The position numbers and the translations under genes are program-made. The notes under the pieces are model-generated. The model was not told where the DNA came from. It ran no database searches and saw only the letters and a program-made list of their open reading frames with translations. This document shows positions 35,831-51,341 of a stretch of DNA of 64,000 nt, piece after piece. The stretch comes from Chiloscyllium plagiosum (taxonomy: Eukaryota): positions 1,639,703 to 1,703,702 of the forward strand of contig NC_057756.1 of NCBI RefSeq assembly GCF_004010195.1, read 5' to 3'. Position 1 is the first letter of the stretch, and each line of letters begins with the position of its first letter.

Positions 35831-38800
35831 CTTTACAGGAGTGAAAATCCTCTGCACCGATCCTGTTACAAATTGCAAAATATCAGGTTATTGGCCAAAA
35901 GATTCATTTGGAAACACAGGGTTTTCGCAGCACTGCTCAAGAGGCTCGTGAGTCAGGATGGTAGGAGACATGATTTATATCAAATGATCACGATAGTGTC
36001 ATATAACAATGCGATAGATTGCTGTTAAGTCTTTCATCTTCAGAACTGTAAAAGAGTAGCTTATGGTCCAAACGTCGATGTTCCTGCTCTTTGGTTGCTG
36101 CCTGACTGTCTCTGCTGATCCAACACCACACTTTTTCACTCTGATCTCCAGCGTCTTCAGTTCTCACATTCTCCTTTTTTTAAACTTTGTCTATCCCAGC
36201 CTCATATCGGCACCGCAACTACACGGATGCTCCCATATCTGCTGAGTATTTCCAGCGACTTCTGCATTTGTTCCATATTTGCAGCAGCCACAATTCTTTC
36301 GATTTTAATGCTCGCAATGGATATGTAAAGAAAATTATTATTTCCCATGAGAGGACACTCTCGATGCCATGGTAGGATCTCTATTCTTTTTTAAATAAAA
36401 CTTTCGTGCATCACAATCGTTCTCTCAAATTTTTTAAAGATTTCTATCCTCTACTCATCGGTATGTTTCGTGTAGTGTTCACTAGATATTTCTCTCGGTG
36501 AAATATACCGAGGATGTTCTTGAAGTTCCTCTGTTGCAAATGGAAATCTTTGCTTGAAAATTCTCCTGTGGACAATTTGTTCCATTCGACTTTGGCTGAA
36601 TCATAACATAATCAATAAAATAGAGTCGTTACCTACGTTAGATTTCTTCAATGTAGGTTGACCAATTTCTTCCACCGCCCTAACCAGCTGCATGTTATAA
36701 TATGACAAATACTCTCAACTCGTTTATCTATTGGCCAATTTGCCCCACATTATGCTCAACTTAAGCTCTAGTAATGATTCCTCCATGGCTGAGATAAGAA
36801 GGTGGAAGTCAAATACATTCTCCAAAACACGTTTCATACGTTTAGCCATCTACTTACATGTTTTAATTTTACCTTGCCCCATTCTGGATTGGAATGCCCA
36901 AGTTCTATCAATATAATCACACTGTCGTTGTTACATTCAAAGCAACTTATAATGATAATTTGCTTACCAACATCTCAGCAAACATTTAACTACTTAACCA
37001 AATACATTAGCTGCTTAACTACGAGCAATTGTTCACTTAATTACACTGTCAATCAATATATTAATTTCCCGTATTGTTAATTCTTCAACTGTATAAGTCG
37101 CCGTTTGCTCTCTTAAACGCCATCTTTCAAACACATATTCTGTCCCTCTCTTCCTCAGAAGACGACCCATCCATTACAAATATTAATCTCGTGAATCTTT
37201 CCTGAACTGATTCCATTACCTACACATTTGCATTCATTCGCTAATAACTAACATTATCCCAGATCTTTTGTTTTTCAACAATGCATTGTATAACTGCTAA
37301 ATAACGATCACAGTTTTGCATTAATTCTTCACAATAAATAACAACAGTTCTTTAACCTTCCTAATTATTGTTGAAACTGAATATGCACATTTTAAATTCA
37401 TGCACTGGGACATGTGGATCGCTCCGCGAGTGTATCTTCTAAAATCTACAACCACTTTAATTATATATTTATTTTTCTTTACTTTGCCAAAAAGGAGATG
37501 ATTTGAGACTTTGCTATTGTGGATTCCTGCTGTCGACACCAAGGTAGTGTGCTTGAGTATTAACATGAACTTCAAAGCACTTTTCACCCCTTAAAGTCGT
37601 GAAGTCACGGTCTTGTCTTTGCCAGCTGATGTAACAACGACAATTAAATAATGAAATTTAATTAAGGCAGGTATAAAATGGCCATACTACAACTTTCATG
37701 CCTGAAAATTGAGCGTTTATAAAATCATTATATTTGAAATGTTCGCCTACTCAGTCAAGACTAAACATGTAAATTGTTGTTTAATTCAATTCATATCCAT
37801 TTGGCTTGCTGCAACGAACTAAAAAAATACTGCGAGGTATAATTGTTCAGAACAAAATATGAACGGTGAAAAATGCTAAATATGCAAAGGTGATCGTTAT
37901 TTACTTCTGATTAGCATGTATCTTTATTTAATCAACAGAAAATAAAAGACATTTATGCAAATATATTGTACTATCGTTCATTCTCATGAAAATAACAATT
38001 ACTGAAGAGTAACTAAAATGCGGCTATTCATTGTCATATGTGCTTTGTACCAGTTTTTATAATTTTGTAAAATATTTGAAATAATGGTGCATTCCTCCTC
38101 ACTGAAAATATGCAAGAATTATAATATACTGAGTAGAGAGCATCTTTATGCTCAAACACATTGCTCGAGGAGAAGGTAACCAATTGTACCTGATTCCTTT
38201 TCTTCCATTTCTTCCTCTGTAACAGTCAGGAAAAAGGAACCATTGAGGCACACATTTATTTCTTGCTGAAGCATTTGAAAGAACAGTGGACCATTCCAGT
38301 TTAACTTCTTTTTTGGGAGGCAACATCAGTTTCGTTGTTCATTGAATATTCTGTGACCCTGGTCTCATCAATCTGACAATTCCAAAACACAGCACCGTAT
38401 TTCTGCCATTCTTAATATTTCTGCTTAAAAATGACCTTAATGGCATTGTTATTGTCTCATTGTACATTTCACTTTTGCACACGGGTGGATCAGTGATGTG
38501 GAAAATGGCGATGAAAGTTTATGATTGGTTCCTGCTCAGATTGGTTATATTACCTTGAGGTCTTGGAAATGCCTTTTAATGCATTTATTTCTAAAATTCA
38601 ATCTAAGATATTCGCTGAGTACTGTCAACATCAGGCAACAATTGCTTTTGTATTTGAAATATGTAGGTGGCGAGGATACCGACATTATAATACTGAGGTT
38701 AGAATATATGTTCTTCTGTTTCAGAATCAGTTGAAATAATCATGAGAAATGATGTCAAGGTGGAGTAGCTCGCCTTTGCTTTTAAACGCGATTACATCTT

Positions 38801-38870
38801 ACGTTTTCCGTGAATCACTACCAATATGTTATGCGTGGGATAACAGCCACACTGGAACAATTAGCATTTA

Positions 38871-38925
38871 CAGAGGACCCTCGATTATCCAAATATCCAT
38901 TATCCATATTTTAGATTATCCAAAA
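38871..38925 (+). mobile_element. Possible Tigger/pogo-type terminal inverted repeat (left end only)
   Basis: TA followed by cagaggaccctcgattatcc and repeated attatcc; partner end not found. Confidence 0.35.
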
Positions 38926-39451
38926 GAGATCTCGAGGTCTCAACAGAAACACTACATTGAAAGCGTGTTTCCAACACCAATTACATCTTTTGTTTCAATG
39001 ATTAAAAATGAACTCGGCTTACTGAAATGTTGCTGAGAACAGTCATGGACAGATGAGAGCCCAGGCACAATCTTCAAATGACTGACCTCCTGCCCTCTAT
39101 CTCAACCCGCACACTTTCCCTAGGGTTCTACACAGGCGTGCACACTAATCCTCCTTTCCTCAGTAAATCTCTCAAACACTGTCCTAAACATGGCAAAGGT
39201 GGAACTGGTCAAAATGTTGCAGCAAAAAGTTGTGAGTGTGTGTGTGTGTGTGTGTCTGCGTATGTGTGTGTGTGTGTGTGTACTTGGAGACTCACAAGGC
39301 AGCGTCATCAGCAGCAGAACTGTTGTTGGTGTCCAGCTTGGCTGCCCTGGAGAGAGGGCAGAGGTGGACAGGGGCTGCACGGGTCTAGTTGGGGTGCAAG
39401 ATGTTCTTGTTTCTCTATGTCAAACTAATCAAAAAAAGGACTGACGAAATT

Positions 39452-40775
39452 CTAAGAGTAAGTGAGGACTGCAAATCCTGGAGAACAGAGTCGAGGACGT
39501 GGTGCTGAAAAAGCACAGCAGGTCAGGCAGATTCGAATGAGCAGGAGAATCGACATGTCGGGCATACGTCCTACGTCAGGAATGAATTTTGTGGTCCAGC
39601 GGGTCTCAGAAATAAATGAAAGAGGGTTGGGGTTGGGGTGAACATAGCCGAGAGTGTGATAAGTGGATGCAGTTGGGGAAGAAGTTGATAGGTCAGAGAG
39701 GAGAGTGGAGCAGAAAGATGGGAAAGGTGATGGATAGGTCAAGAGGGGATTGCTGATTTGGAGGTTTGGGTCTGAGATAATGTGATGTAGGGGGAATGAA
39801 GAAACTAGCGAGATGCACATTGATCCCATGTGGTTGCAGTGTCCCAAGGTTGAATATGAGGCGTTCTTTGTCCAGGCGTCGGGTGGTTAGTGTTTCGCGA
39901 TGGAGGAACCCCAAGGCTTGCACGTCCTTCGAGGAATGGGAGGGGAAGTTGAAGTGTTCTGGCACCGGGTGGTGTGGTTGATGGTGCAGGTGTCCAGGAG
40001 ATGCTTGTCTGAAACAATCCATAAGTAAGCACCCTGTCTCCCCGATGTAGAGGAGACCATATCAGGTGCAATAGATACAGTAGATGACATTGGTGGGAGC
40101 AGAAATAAATTTCTATTGAATGTGGAAGGATATTTACCGGCCTTTGACGGAGGTGAGAAAAGAAGTGTGGGTGCAGGTTTTGCACGTCCTGCCGTGTTAG
40201 TGGAATGTGCTGGGAGTGGCGTGTTTGCTAGTGGAGGTCATACATCTGATGAGTGAGTCACAGAGGGAATGATCCCTGTGGAAAGCTGATAGGGTTGAGG
40301 AGGGAAATATCTCTGGCGATGGGGTCCATTTGTCAGTGGAAGAAGGATGATGCAAAGTATATGGAGGTTGGTGTGGAAGGAGAAGACCCGCGGGTACTGC
40401 CCTTGTTGCATTGTGAGGGGTTGGATTCAAGGGTGGAGGTTTGTGAAGTGGTGAAGGTGCGCTGGAGGGCATCGTCGACATACGTGGGAATAGAAATTGC
40501 GATCATGGAAAAATGAGGTCATCTCTGAGGTTTTACGGTAGAATTGATCATCCTGGGAACAGATGTGGTGGAGGCTTTGGAATTAGGAATAAGAGGTGGC
40601 ATTTGGGAGGAAGTGTAGTCTCGGTAGTTGTGGAAGTTGATGAATTTTTAGTGGATGCTCGTGGTTAGTTGGTCACCAGAGATGAAGGTGGAGAGGGTCA
40701 GAAAGGGTGGAATGGGGTGTCCGAGATGATCCCAGTAAATGTGAGGTCGGGGTGAAAAATTGCATTGAAGTTGAG
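39452..40775 (-). mobile_element. Penelope-like element (GIY-YIG endonuclease region and pseudo-LTR)
   Basis: PVPEHFNFPSHSSKDVQ...LDKERLIFNLGTLQPHGIN; pseudo-LTR with decayed hammerhead at ~39460-39585. Confidence 0.85.
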
Positions 40776-43700
40776 TCTGTGTTAAATTCATATTAATTAT
40801 TGGAATTGTTGCTTTAACCTTGTCAGAATAATCCCATCAACTGGTTGCAAATTCTCTTCACACAGATGCTGACATGTTTTTTTTTCCTTAACAAATATAC
40901 ACAATGAATTCTTGCAATACTTACTGCAGTTTTGCAAAAGCACTTTGTATTCTAAAGAATAGACAAAACACGTTGAAAACTTTTAAGTTTGAAGCAAAAT
41001 GAGCTTTTGTTCTCTTACATCAACTGATCCATCGAAGTACAGAGTTTCTATCGTTATTCAATCTTATCCGGGGGCAGCGTCCAACCTATAACAGCAAGAA
41101 TGATAGCTCGCAATAATACAGTAATTAAAACATAATCTTTACACCAATTCAGTAATTTAGACCCCTCATCATCTGCATGTCAATCTCGTTTCCTGCAGGC
41201 AAATGAAAATAAATATTCCTTTTTAGGTATAAGTGAATGCTTAATTCTTCTCGTCATGGATTTCTCATTCTTTGCCTTGACGCGTAATACTTCACCTTTT
41301 TCATATCAGTTTACTTCTTTCCCCTAAGTTTCTGACTGTTTTTGAACTTCAAGGTCTCTCTGAAAAGCTTTGCTAACACTTTCATTTATGCGTTGGTTCA
41401 TATACAGATTTCTGCTTACCACAGACTTTAAGGTATTCATGGTTCATCTCGTACAAGGATGACCTTGGATTTCTTTTATGGCACCTAACATTTCATTCAT
41501 TTTTAAATCTCAACCATGTATAGCCTTTACCTTGTGTTGGAGGATCGAACTAATGTTTCCACCCAAAACCCATGAACGCTGTTTTTATTCAGCTGTCAGA
41601 AAGTTTGATAAGCATGTGAATGCGATTTCAACCAACGACACTGGAAGCATTCAACTGTTAAATACTTTTATTCCTCCTTCAGTTGATCGATACTGCCTTC
41701 AGAATATTAAGTAAACATTTCCTTAATGGAATCTACATGACGTAGGAAACATATAGGAAGAATTTTGATGTTAATCCCCAGGAATCCACACAGAGATTGA
41801 AATTGCCCCAAAAATCGATAGTATTCTGTGCATTGTACATTAAACCAATCATTGGTATGCTTGATATAGATGGCGGTTATCTTACAGATGTATTGCTTTT
41901 TGACAACTGTTCAATTTTTACTATTAAATGCAACTTGCTACCTGAAGCCATTTTAGTATGCTTCACTTATGAGCATTATATCCAACTCTTCACTAGAAAA
42001 TATCATAAAGGAATTTGAACCCCTGAGGGCTTTTCACAATATCAGAAAATAATCTTTTCATACATTATTCGACATTAGAACTTCGAATACTTCTGTCGCT
42101 GAACAGTTAATCTTTGCAATGCAGTATAAAATCAGGTTATGAGTGAGCACTGTGTTTTAAAGATATATTTTGAGGAAGCAATACCCATACATCGAATGCG
42201 GTTCTATTACATTTTACAAAAGTTTACGTCCACTTGCGATGTCAAGAGATAAGCTGCCACTCAACATCCGTCCCTGAAAGCATGCTTGAACATAATTGCA
42301 CTCTGTGACATTATGCATTGCCTTTGTGCATATCTGTTTGCGTCTCCATTATGTCTATCAGTTGTATGAACCATATCTAGAACTGAACTAGAAAATATTA
42401 TTTTAAAGTTGCAGCAGAGTGTGAAGAAATGTGTTGGAGATATCCAACAAAGTGACAACCGATGGTCGAGTATGTTAGTTAGTCGATAGTTTATTCAGCA
42501 GAAATAAGAAGGCTCTTTCCTTACTTATGAAAACATGTGGCAATGTTATGTGTTAAAATGTTTACCCATGTTCTTTCCTATGTATTCTCGACTTGTTGAT
42601 GCACATATCCATGAAATCGCCCGTACTTCGTAAGTAGTGGGAAGCGTTTTACACTGGATCAGATTCCACTTGCTTTGCAAATTATCATTCCAAGGTCATT
42701 TCTGAATGAAACAGCTTTGCTTTATATTTTCTTTCCCTTATGGTGTGAATTCGTGTTCAATTTTTTTGACGGTTGTCCTCTTTATTTCCATGGTGGTGTA
42801 CAACCTCTGAACACAAACATTTTATTTAAAAAAAAATATTCGGGAATAGCAAAATTACATTACGGAGAAGAAAGCCATGCAACCAATCTCAGCCTAAGAC
42901 ATTGTTGCGTTTTATGAATAAGGTTAAGGCTACCTCAGTTTATGAGTTTCCAAACCAGATATTACAGAGCATATAACATCGAACAGTACAGCACAGAACA
43001 GGACCTTCGGCCCCCGATGTTGTGCCACCTTCTCTTCTCTTCTAAGATCAGACTAACCTTCATTCCTTTCATTGTACTAACCTCGATGTGCCTACACAAG
43101 TATTGCTTAAAATTCCCAATGTATCTGTCGCTACTGTCAGCGCTGGCAGTGCATTCCACGCACCCACTACATCTGAGTAAAGAACCTACATTTGACATCT
43201 CCTTTAAAAGTTCCTCCAATTCCCTTAAAATTATGCCCCATTGTGACAGACAATTCTGCCTGGAAAAAAGCTCTCTAGCTATCCACATTATCCATGCCTC
43301 TCAAACTCTTGTTCACGTCGATCAAGGTACTTCTCATTCTTCTTTACTCCAGTGAGAAAAGCTCTAGCTCCATCAACCTTGGTTCTTTAAAAAAAAATGT
43401 CGTCCAGTCTAGGCAGCAAAATGGTAAATATACCACGCATCCTCTCAAACGTTTCCTTGTCCTTCAGATAATGTGCCGATCAGAACTGAACACAACTCTC
43501 AAAGTGTGGTATAAACAGGGCTCTATGGAGTGGCAGCATAATCTTCCAGCGGCTAAATTCAATCCCCGTGCTAATGAAACCAACACACCATACATATTCT
43601 TAACGATCCTATCAACCTGGGTGGCACCTTGGAGGGATCAATAGATATGGGCTACAAAATCCCTATTTTTCTCCACACAGTCATGAATTCTGCATTCCAA

Positions 43701-45464
43701 CCTTGATTCTGCATTCACATTCGACCTTTCAATGTGAATGACTTCAGACTTTTCCACGTTGAACTCCCTCTGCCACTTCTGAGTCCAGCTATGCATCCTG
43801 CTAATATTTTGTTGCAACCCACAACAATCCTCCACACTATGCACAACTGCACCAACCGTCGTGTCATTTGTAAAAATACTAACCCAATTTCTCATCCACG
43901 TTGTTTATACGAAGAACAGAGGTCACAGAACTGATACCTGCAGAACACCAATGTTTTCAAATTTCTAGGATGAATACTTTCCATCTTCCACCACCCTCTG
44001 TCTTCTATGTGCCAGGCAATTACATATTCAGAAAGACAAGTTTTCGTCGATACCATGCCTCCTTTCATTCTGAATGAACCTGCCTTCAAGAACCTTGTCA
44101 AACGACATGGTAAAATACCTGTACACCCACCTGTTCTCCCTTCTTTAACGTTTCTTTGTCACATCCTCACAGAATACAATAAGGTTTGTGAGGAATGAAC
44201 TGCCCCTCACAAAGCCAGGCTGACTATCTCTAATCAAACTCTGGTTTTCCAAGTAATCATAAATTCTGTCTCTCAGAATCCTCTTAACGACTTTGCCCAC
44301 TACTGATGTAAGATTGGCTGATCTGTAATCCCCAAGATTATTCCTATGCACGTTCCTGAACAAGGAAATAACATTTGCCAACCTCCAAACGTCTGGTACT
44401 GCTGCAGTGGACAGTGAGGACGCAAAGATCCTGACCAGTAGCAGCAATCTTTTTCCTCACTCCATGCAGTCGCGTAGGGTGCATCCCATCTGCCTTTATG
44501 TTTATCAAAATTTTCAGCACATCCTACTTCCTAATGTTTTATGCCCCCCTGTAAGTCTCTTAAGTCCATTATTCAGTTCTTTTCTGGATACCTGGATAAA
44601 CTCAAAAGCCCTATTTCATCATTGCCTCCTCAACCTTAAGTAAGCTTGCTTCTTCCTCATGACTAGATATTCCAAATCTCTTGTAACCAAAAGTTCTTAC
44701 AAACTATTTTCACTTCTTTGCCTGAGTGGGACAAACCGACCCCCCTACCACCACCACCCCCACCCAGGACTATCAGCAGCTCCTTCCAAAACAATCTCCA
44801 TAATTTTGTCGTTCACTTGCTGGAGAACATCTGTTCCCAGTCTCGGTGCCCCAATTCATGGTTCAACACATTGTAACTGCTCCTTCCTAATTAAAGCAAT
44901 TTCCCATAGCGTCTGTTACTAACTCATCTCGATGAGTCTCATAAGGGTTATGGGGCTCTGATCACTATCACCGAAATGCTCTCCCACTGAGAGATCTGAC
45001 AGCTGGAATGGTTCATTCCCCAACAACATATCTAATATGATCTCGCCCTGGTCAGCCTATCTACATATAGAATCAGGAACCCTGGAAACACTTGACAAAA
45101 CGGCTCCATCTAATTTATTTGTACATGTCGGTTCCAATCAATATTAGGGAAGGTAAAGTCATCCATGACAACAACCATGTTACTTATACATTTCCAAAAT
45201 ATTGATGCCTCCCAATCTGTTCCTCCATGTCTCTGTAGCTTCTGTAGGGCCTGTGGAAAACTCACAATAAAATGACTGCTCCTTTCCTGTTTCTGACTTG
45301 TGCCCATACTGATTCTGTAAACAATCCTTCCTCGAAGATCTCCCTTTGTACAGCTGTGATACCATCCCTGATTAGGAATACCACTCCTCCACCTGTTTCA
45401 CCTTCCCCGGATTCTATCGAAAGCATATAAAGCCTGGAACATTCTGCCCCTTTGATATCCAATT

Positions 45465-46640
45465 TAAGATTAGAGTGGTGCTGGAAAAGCACAGCATATC
45501 AGGCAGCATCCAAGGAACAGGAAAATCGACGTTTTGGGCAAAAGCCCTTAATCAGAAATGAGGCTGGGAGCCTCCGGGTGGACAGATAAATGGGAAGGGG
45601 TGGAGTTATGGTGAAGGTAGCTGTGAATGATATAGGTGGATGGAAAATGGGTTAAATGTGATAGGTCATAGTAGAGCATGGACAGGTTAGCTGGGAAAGA
45701 AGATTGACAGGTGGAACTGGTCATGGGACTGGTAGGTTGGAACTGGGGTAAGATGGCGGGAGTGGAAATGAGGAAACTGGTGATGTCTACATTGATGCCA
45801 TGGGGTTGATGGGTCCCGAGTTGGAAGATGAGGCATTCTTCATCCAGGTTTCGGGTGGTGAGAGAATGGCTATGGAGGAGGCCGTGGGCTTGCATATCCT
45901 CAGGAGAGAGGGAGGTGGAGTTGAAATGTTTGGCCACGGGGCATTGGGGTTGATTGGTGTGGTTGCCCCGGAGATGTTGTCTGAAGCACTCAGCGAGAAG
46001 GCGTCTGGTCTCCCCAATGTACAGGAGACCGCATTGTGAGCAACAGGTACAATAAATAACATGTGTGGAAGTGCAAGTGAAACTTTGATGGAATGGAAAG
46101 CTCCTTTGGGGCCTTGGGCTGAGGTGAGAGTGAAGGTGTGGGCGCAGGTTTTGCAATTCCTGCTGTGGAAGGGGTAGAATCTGGGGGGAGGGTGGGTTGT
46201 TGTTGGCCGTTGAGATGATGATGTAGTCACGGAGGGAATGGTGTTCATCGAAAGTGGATATGGGTGGGGAGGGAAATATACCCCTGGTGGTGGAGTCCGG
46301 TTGTAGGTGGTGGGAATGTCGATAGATGATGTGATTTATGCGGAGGTTGGTGGGTGGAAGGTGAAGTCTGTGCGTTCTGTCCTTGTTGCGGTTGGAGGGG
46401 CGGGGTTCATTGTAGGAGGTGTGGAATGTGGATGAGATGTGTTGAATGGCATCTTCAACAATGTGGGTGGGGGAAATTTTGGTCTTTAAAGGAGGAGGCT
46501 ATCTGGTGTGTTCTGTGGTGGAATAGGCCCTCCTCGCTGCAGATGTGTCAGAGGCAAAGGAATTGAGAATACAGGATAGCAATTTTGTAGGAGGTAGGGT
46601 GGGAAGTCATTTAATCCACGTATGTGTGGGAGTTGGTGTG
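45465..46640 (-). mobile_element. Penelope-like element with GIY-YIG endonuclease
   Basis: HVIYCTCCSQCGLLYIGETRRLLAECFRQH...PVAKHFN...LIFQLGTHQPHGIN; pseudo-LTR at ~45470-45560. Confidence 0.9.
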
Positions 46641-47019
46641 TTTCTACCACAGGACTAGTTTCTCCTTTCCACATTTTCCAGAAGGTATCCCAATGATCCA
46701 CACATCCGCAGCCCGCCCACCTATACCTGCCCTGCTGCCACGTGTTCATTTTTACTTGCTTTCTATTCTGAGACTCATTAACACATAACACTGATAGTAA
46801 TTCTCATGTTACTAATCTGTGCATCCTGCCTTTTAGGTTCAAACCTAACTACCTATTTTCGCCTTTTCGGTCCTCGTCCATTTCTCTTGCTATGTAATTG
46901 ATCCCGATGTGTACTACATTTTCTGTCTGCTTTCCATCCCTTTTAAGTATCCTGTGGAAACGATCAGAAGCATCCCTGACCTTGGCACGCAGGAGACAAC
47001 GCGTCATCTGGGAGTTGCA

Positions 47020-47460
47020 TGCAGCTTTTGAGCTATAAGGAGAGGCTGAATACGCCGGGACTGTTTTCCCTGGACCATCAAAGGCTGCCGGGTGATCTTA
47101 TGAAGAATTATAAATCAAAAGGGGTACAGAGAGGGTAAATAAACAGTCATACTCTGGCTTGGGGAATCCAGAACTAGAAGCCATCAGTTCAGGGTGAGGG
47201 CGAAATTTTTAAAAGGGGCCTAAGTGGCAATTTTACACTCAGAGATTGGTACGTGCATATAATGAGCTGTCAGAGGAATTGGTGGATGTTGGTAGAATTA
47301 CATGTTAAAGGAATCTGTTTGGGTACATGAACATGCAGAATTTGGAGGGATATGGGCCAAGTGCTGACAAACAGGACTGGATTGGGTTAGTATATCTGGT
47401 CGGCATGCACGGATTGGATTGAAAGGACTGTTTCCATGCTGTACAGCTGTGATTCTGTAT
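47020..47460 (+). mobile_element. CR1 3' fragment
   Basis: SYKERLNTPGLFSLDHQRL and 3'UTR. Confidence 0.75.
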
Positions 47461-50400
47461 GTATGTGACCACAGAATTTACTGTATGCTCCTTTCACAAC
47501 TGAATCTTCTATCGCTATTGCTCTCCCATTCATCCCTTTCCCTACTGACCCAAATAACGAGGATTAGTTTCACAAACCCGACTGATATGGCTTTCCCAGG
47601 TTGCGCCCCCCCCCCCCCACCCCCACTCCCGCCCCCATCAATACTATCCAAAACGGTATACTTATTATTGGAGAAAGAGCCACAGTGGCTCCCTGCACTG
47701 TCTGCTGATTCCAGTTCCGTCTCCTGACGGTCTCACAGTCATTTTTTTTGTCTTGTACCTTAGTTGACACTACCTTATAATAAGTCCTCTCTATCACAAC
47801 CTCAGCCTCCCATAAGATCCGAAGTTCATCCAGCTCCAGTTCCATTTTCCTAATGCGGCTCGTCATGAGCTGGCATTGGATTTCCTTCTCACAGGCGAAG
47901 TCGGCAGGAACACCTGTTGTCAAATGTATCTCTCACATTCTTCAAGAGGAGCATGCAGCTCCTCTAGTAACTATCCCTCTGCTTTAAATTACCAAGAGAG
48001 ATTGAATAAATGAAATAAAACATTACCTTACCAAACCTCCACATTGGCTCTTTATTCCTAGTTAGATGAGGAAGACTGATGGGAGAAGCTACACATTTAG
48101 AGTTTCTGGTTATCCACAGCCCAAATATATCAGTTCACGTATTCAGCAATCCCCGTGTCCATGTCTCTTCCTGTTGAGCCTTCACTCTGCCCATTTATGA
48201 GTTTTGTCTTTAGAGGAAAATGAAGCTTCCTGGCTGCCCCCTGGTCCTCGCTGTCAACCATCACCCTGCTGTTGCTCAATAGAGGCTGCTGATTCCACGA
48301 GGTAACTATATAAGTGTCCCAGCAGTCCCCGGTCCTTACTCTCACCTCATTTATTCCTGCACTCGACCTTTAATAGTGAGAAATTGATTTCTTCAACTAC
48401 CAGACACAATACTGTTTCCTCTTTCATAGTCCTAAAAATGAGCAGACGGTCCAACTGAGTGAACAGCTTGTAACAGCATATTGCACTTTTATTGCTGCAA
48501 GTACCAGAAACTTCTGTGCTAAAAGTACAGTTCTGAGTGAGTCCATAAGGTTTATGCTCTATTAGCCTATTTTATGTGAGAATATTGCGATTTATAATTT
48601 GGTCACATTACACACTCACCTTCAATAGATTTTTGTTGCGAATTGAAGATGTGAGAATGAAATTTTGCTTCAAATTGTCGGTCATGAAACAGTATGCCTT
48701 AGCATGTATAGTTTTAGTTCACAGAAAGCGATCTTAACTTAAATACCACACTATGCCTCCGCTGATTTCTCAGAGAATTTCTACCAATTGTTAATATCTG
48801 GTTATCGATCTTCCAGAAACTGGAATACATTTCTCCTTATTTATGAAAAATTCCATGTACAATATGCATAAAATCCCTTTTTACATTTTTTTCCAAGATA
48901 TGTTTGTAGTCGTACAAACCTATATTTCTAGAGTAAGCTTTTTTTATTCTGCATGTCCGTCAAATAAGACTTTTATTATTATTGGCTTTTGTTGCAAAAA
49001 TACATTTAAGATCATGTTCAAATTTAACTTAATATACCAACTATCATCCATGTATATATTTAGGAGTTGGTTAAGTTGTAGCTACTTTTCTCTCTTACTC
49101 TGTTAGTAAATTTTAATGATGAGATTTCAGCAAACTTCTTAGAAGACGTTGGTATGCTTCAACGTTTTTGACTATTGATCATATTGTCCCTACATCTCTA
49201 TGTGACATTTAGAATTCCAGACGGTTTGCTTGCAGCTATGTCTTCTCATTTCCTCTTACAAACGATATCACTTCATCATTTTCGCTGTTATATTTCATTT
49301 ACAAAATGTCTGACCATTTCAAGAGCTATACAGTCCTTAAGTCGATACTGGCTCTCAAATTATTAACTAAACTATATCTTTCCCTATATTGCCACGTACT
49401 TGAAGAGTTCAAAAATATAAGACCAGAACATTTGTGTATATCAAAGATTGCAATATTATAACTAGGATGGTATAATTCCTTACATTCCGATAGCTGAGCG
49501 CAAACTGGAATGCATCCTTGTTTATTTCATTGTTGTTGATTAGTGAAGTGGATATGCATACCTGTAGTACCATGGAATTCTATGTTTCCAAATTGTCTGT
49601 AATGCCCATTGCAATGTAAGTGATGTTAAATGTATCACGTCACTCATCAATGGCAATCCAATTATTTTATTCCAAAGACTTCACAAGAACACAAAATAAG
49701 AATAAGCATTTTTTAAAAGATCAATTTCTGCAAAATCTAATTTACTGGATGACACATCGCAAATGTGACAACATTCAGTCAAGTTTACAGGCATCAGATT
49801 TCATAAGCGCCAAAATTGATCTAACTGGTTATTAATTAGTGGGAATCTCACTTTTAACATGGTTATATTCACAATCTTATAATGTTTGGTTTGATACTAT
49901 AATCCATATCGAAGTGTTAAGATCTTCTCCATCCTTCCATGGTTACATGTTTAAACCATGTAAATCAATTCATCCTTATTGGCTCCTTTACGTTTAAGGT
50001 TGATAAAATTTGACGTTTAATTCATTTAACCTTTATCTCATACAGTGTCGCAGTTTCTTTTTCATTGAACAACACTTTGAAACATTTAAACTCTCATAAA
50101 GCCATGCGAAAATAGTGAAGTTTCTATCTCCATCATATGCCAATTACTTTGATAATGATTTCATTATGATGTGTAATCAGAAACTAGAATTGTTTAAATA
50201 AAAGCTTACAGTCGGTATGCTTCCTTCAAATATAGTTTTATTCGTGCTCTATTAAATATTTCCCAAAATGCATGCCTGTCTGCATGATTCCGCATTTCGA
50301 CTTGATTTCAATATCTGATATTCGTCTTCATGACCGCATAAAGTGAGCGTTTCTGTCTGCCTAAATTCATGTGAGTTTTTAACGATCTATATTTATGTCG

Positions 50401-51093
50401 TTTAATTACGAATTGGATTTTTCTTCCTTTCCCACAAGCTCCACACACAAAAAAAGTCATCTTCCCTCTAGAAGTCCTACTTGAGGTCTTGCTTACCTTC
50501 GTTATAACATCATGATAATCCTTTGACTACCATTTCCTCTTAGGAGCATCTTCAAATGTTACCAAATAAGCTAAAAAATGCTGACCAACTGAATCGGAAT
50601 AACTGCAGCACTGGAATTCAATTTTATGATGAAAACCTCATAAAGTAGTCATTGTATATTTGACCAATTATTTCAGTAATATACTGGCATAAAACTGCAT
50701 CAGCGTTTTTGTTGAGCACACAATAACACGGAATAACAAATATTTAAATAATTTACGATGCCTCAACTCTGTCACCAGCAATATTTTGTGAAGACATCTC
50801 AGTCAATCACAAAAACAATGTTGCTTGTACTGTATGCTCTGATAAAAAAATCTAACTTCTGTCTACTTTCCACGCTATTTAGACCAATGCACTAATTTGC
50901 ATCTGTGTAGCTCCCTTTACAAATTTCTATCGTCGTAATGATTCGTCTGGGTCCTCAGCTATCTGCATTCCTTTCTATGCATGTACAATCTCGAATTCCT
51001 GAAAACTGCATCCAGCTATGTTGCACGTTTTATTCGAAGTTTCAGTAATCCTTTTGAACTTGTTGAGGAACGTTTCCTTTTAGGTTATATTCC

Positions 51094-51341
51094 CTACAGT
51101 GTGGAAACAGGCCCTTTTGTCCCAACTAGTCCACACCGACCCTCCGAAGAATAAGCCACCGAGTCCCATTCCCCCTAATTAATGCACCTAACGCTTCAGA
51201 CAATTTAGCCTGACCAATTTAGCCTGACCTGCGCATCTTTGGACTGTGGGAGGAATCCGGAGTACCCGGAGGAAACTAAGGGAGACACGGGGAGAATGTG
51301 CAAACTCCACACAGTCACTCGAGGCTGAATTGAACCGGGGT
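51094..51341 (-). mobile_element. HE1-like tRNA-derived SINE, partial
   Basis: Reverse complement of the 55016-55332 body, including the B box ggttcaattc. Confidence 0.8.

Larger units (their letters stand above)
42960..48100 (-). mobile_element. Near full-length decayed CR1 (ORF1 to 3'UTR) interrupted by a Penelope and a CR1
   Basis: ORF1-like ACEKEIQCQLMTSRIRKMELELDELR (47570-47923); endonuclease GGGVVFLIRD and MDDFTFPNIDW; RT GDYRSANLTSVVGKV and FTNDTTVG; 3'UTR near 43.0 kb. Confidence 0.8.
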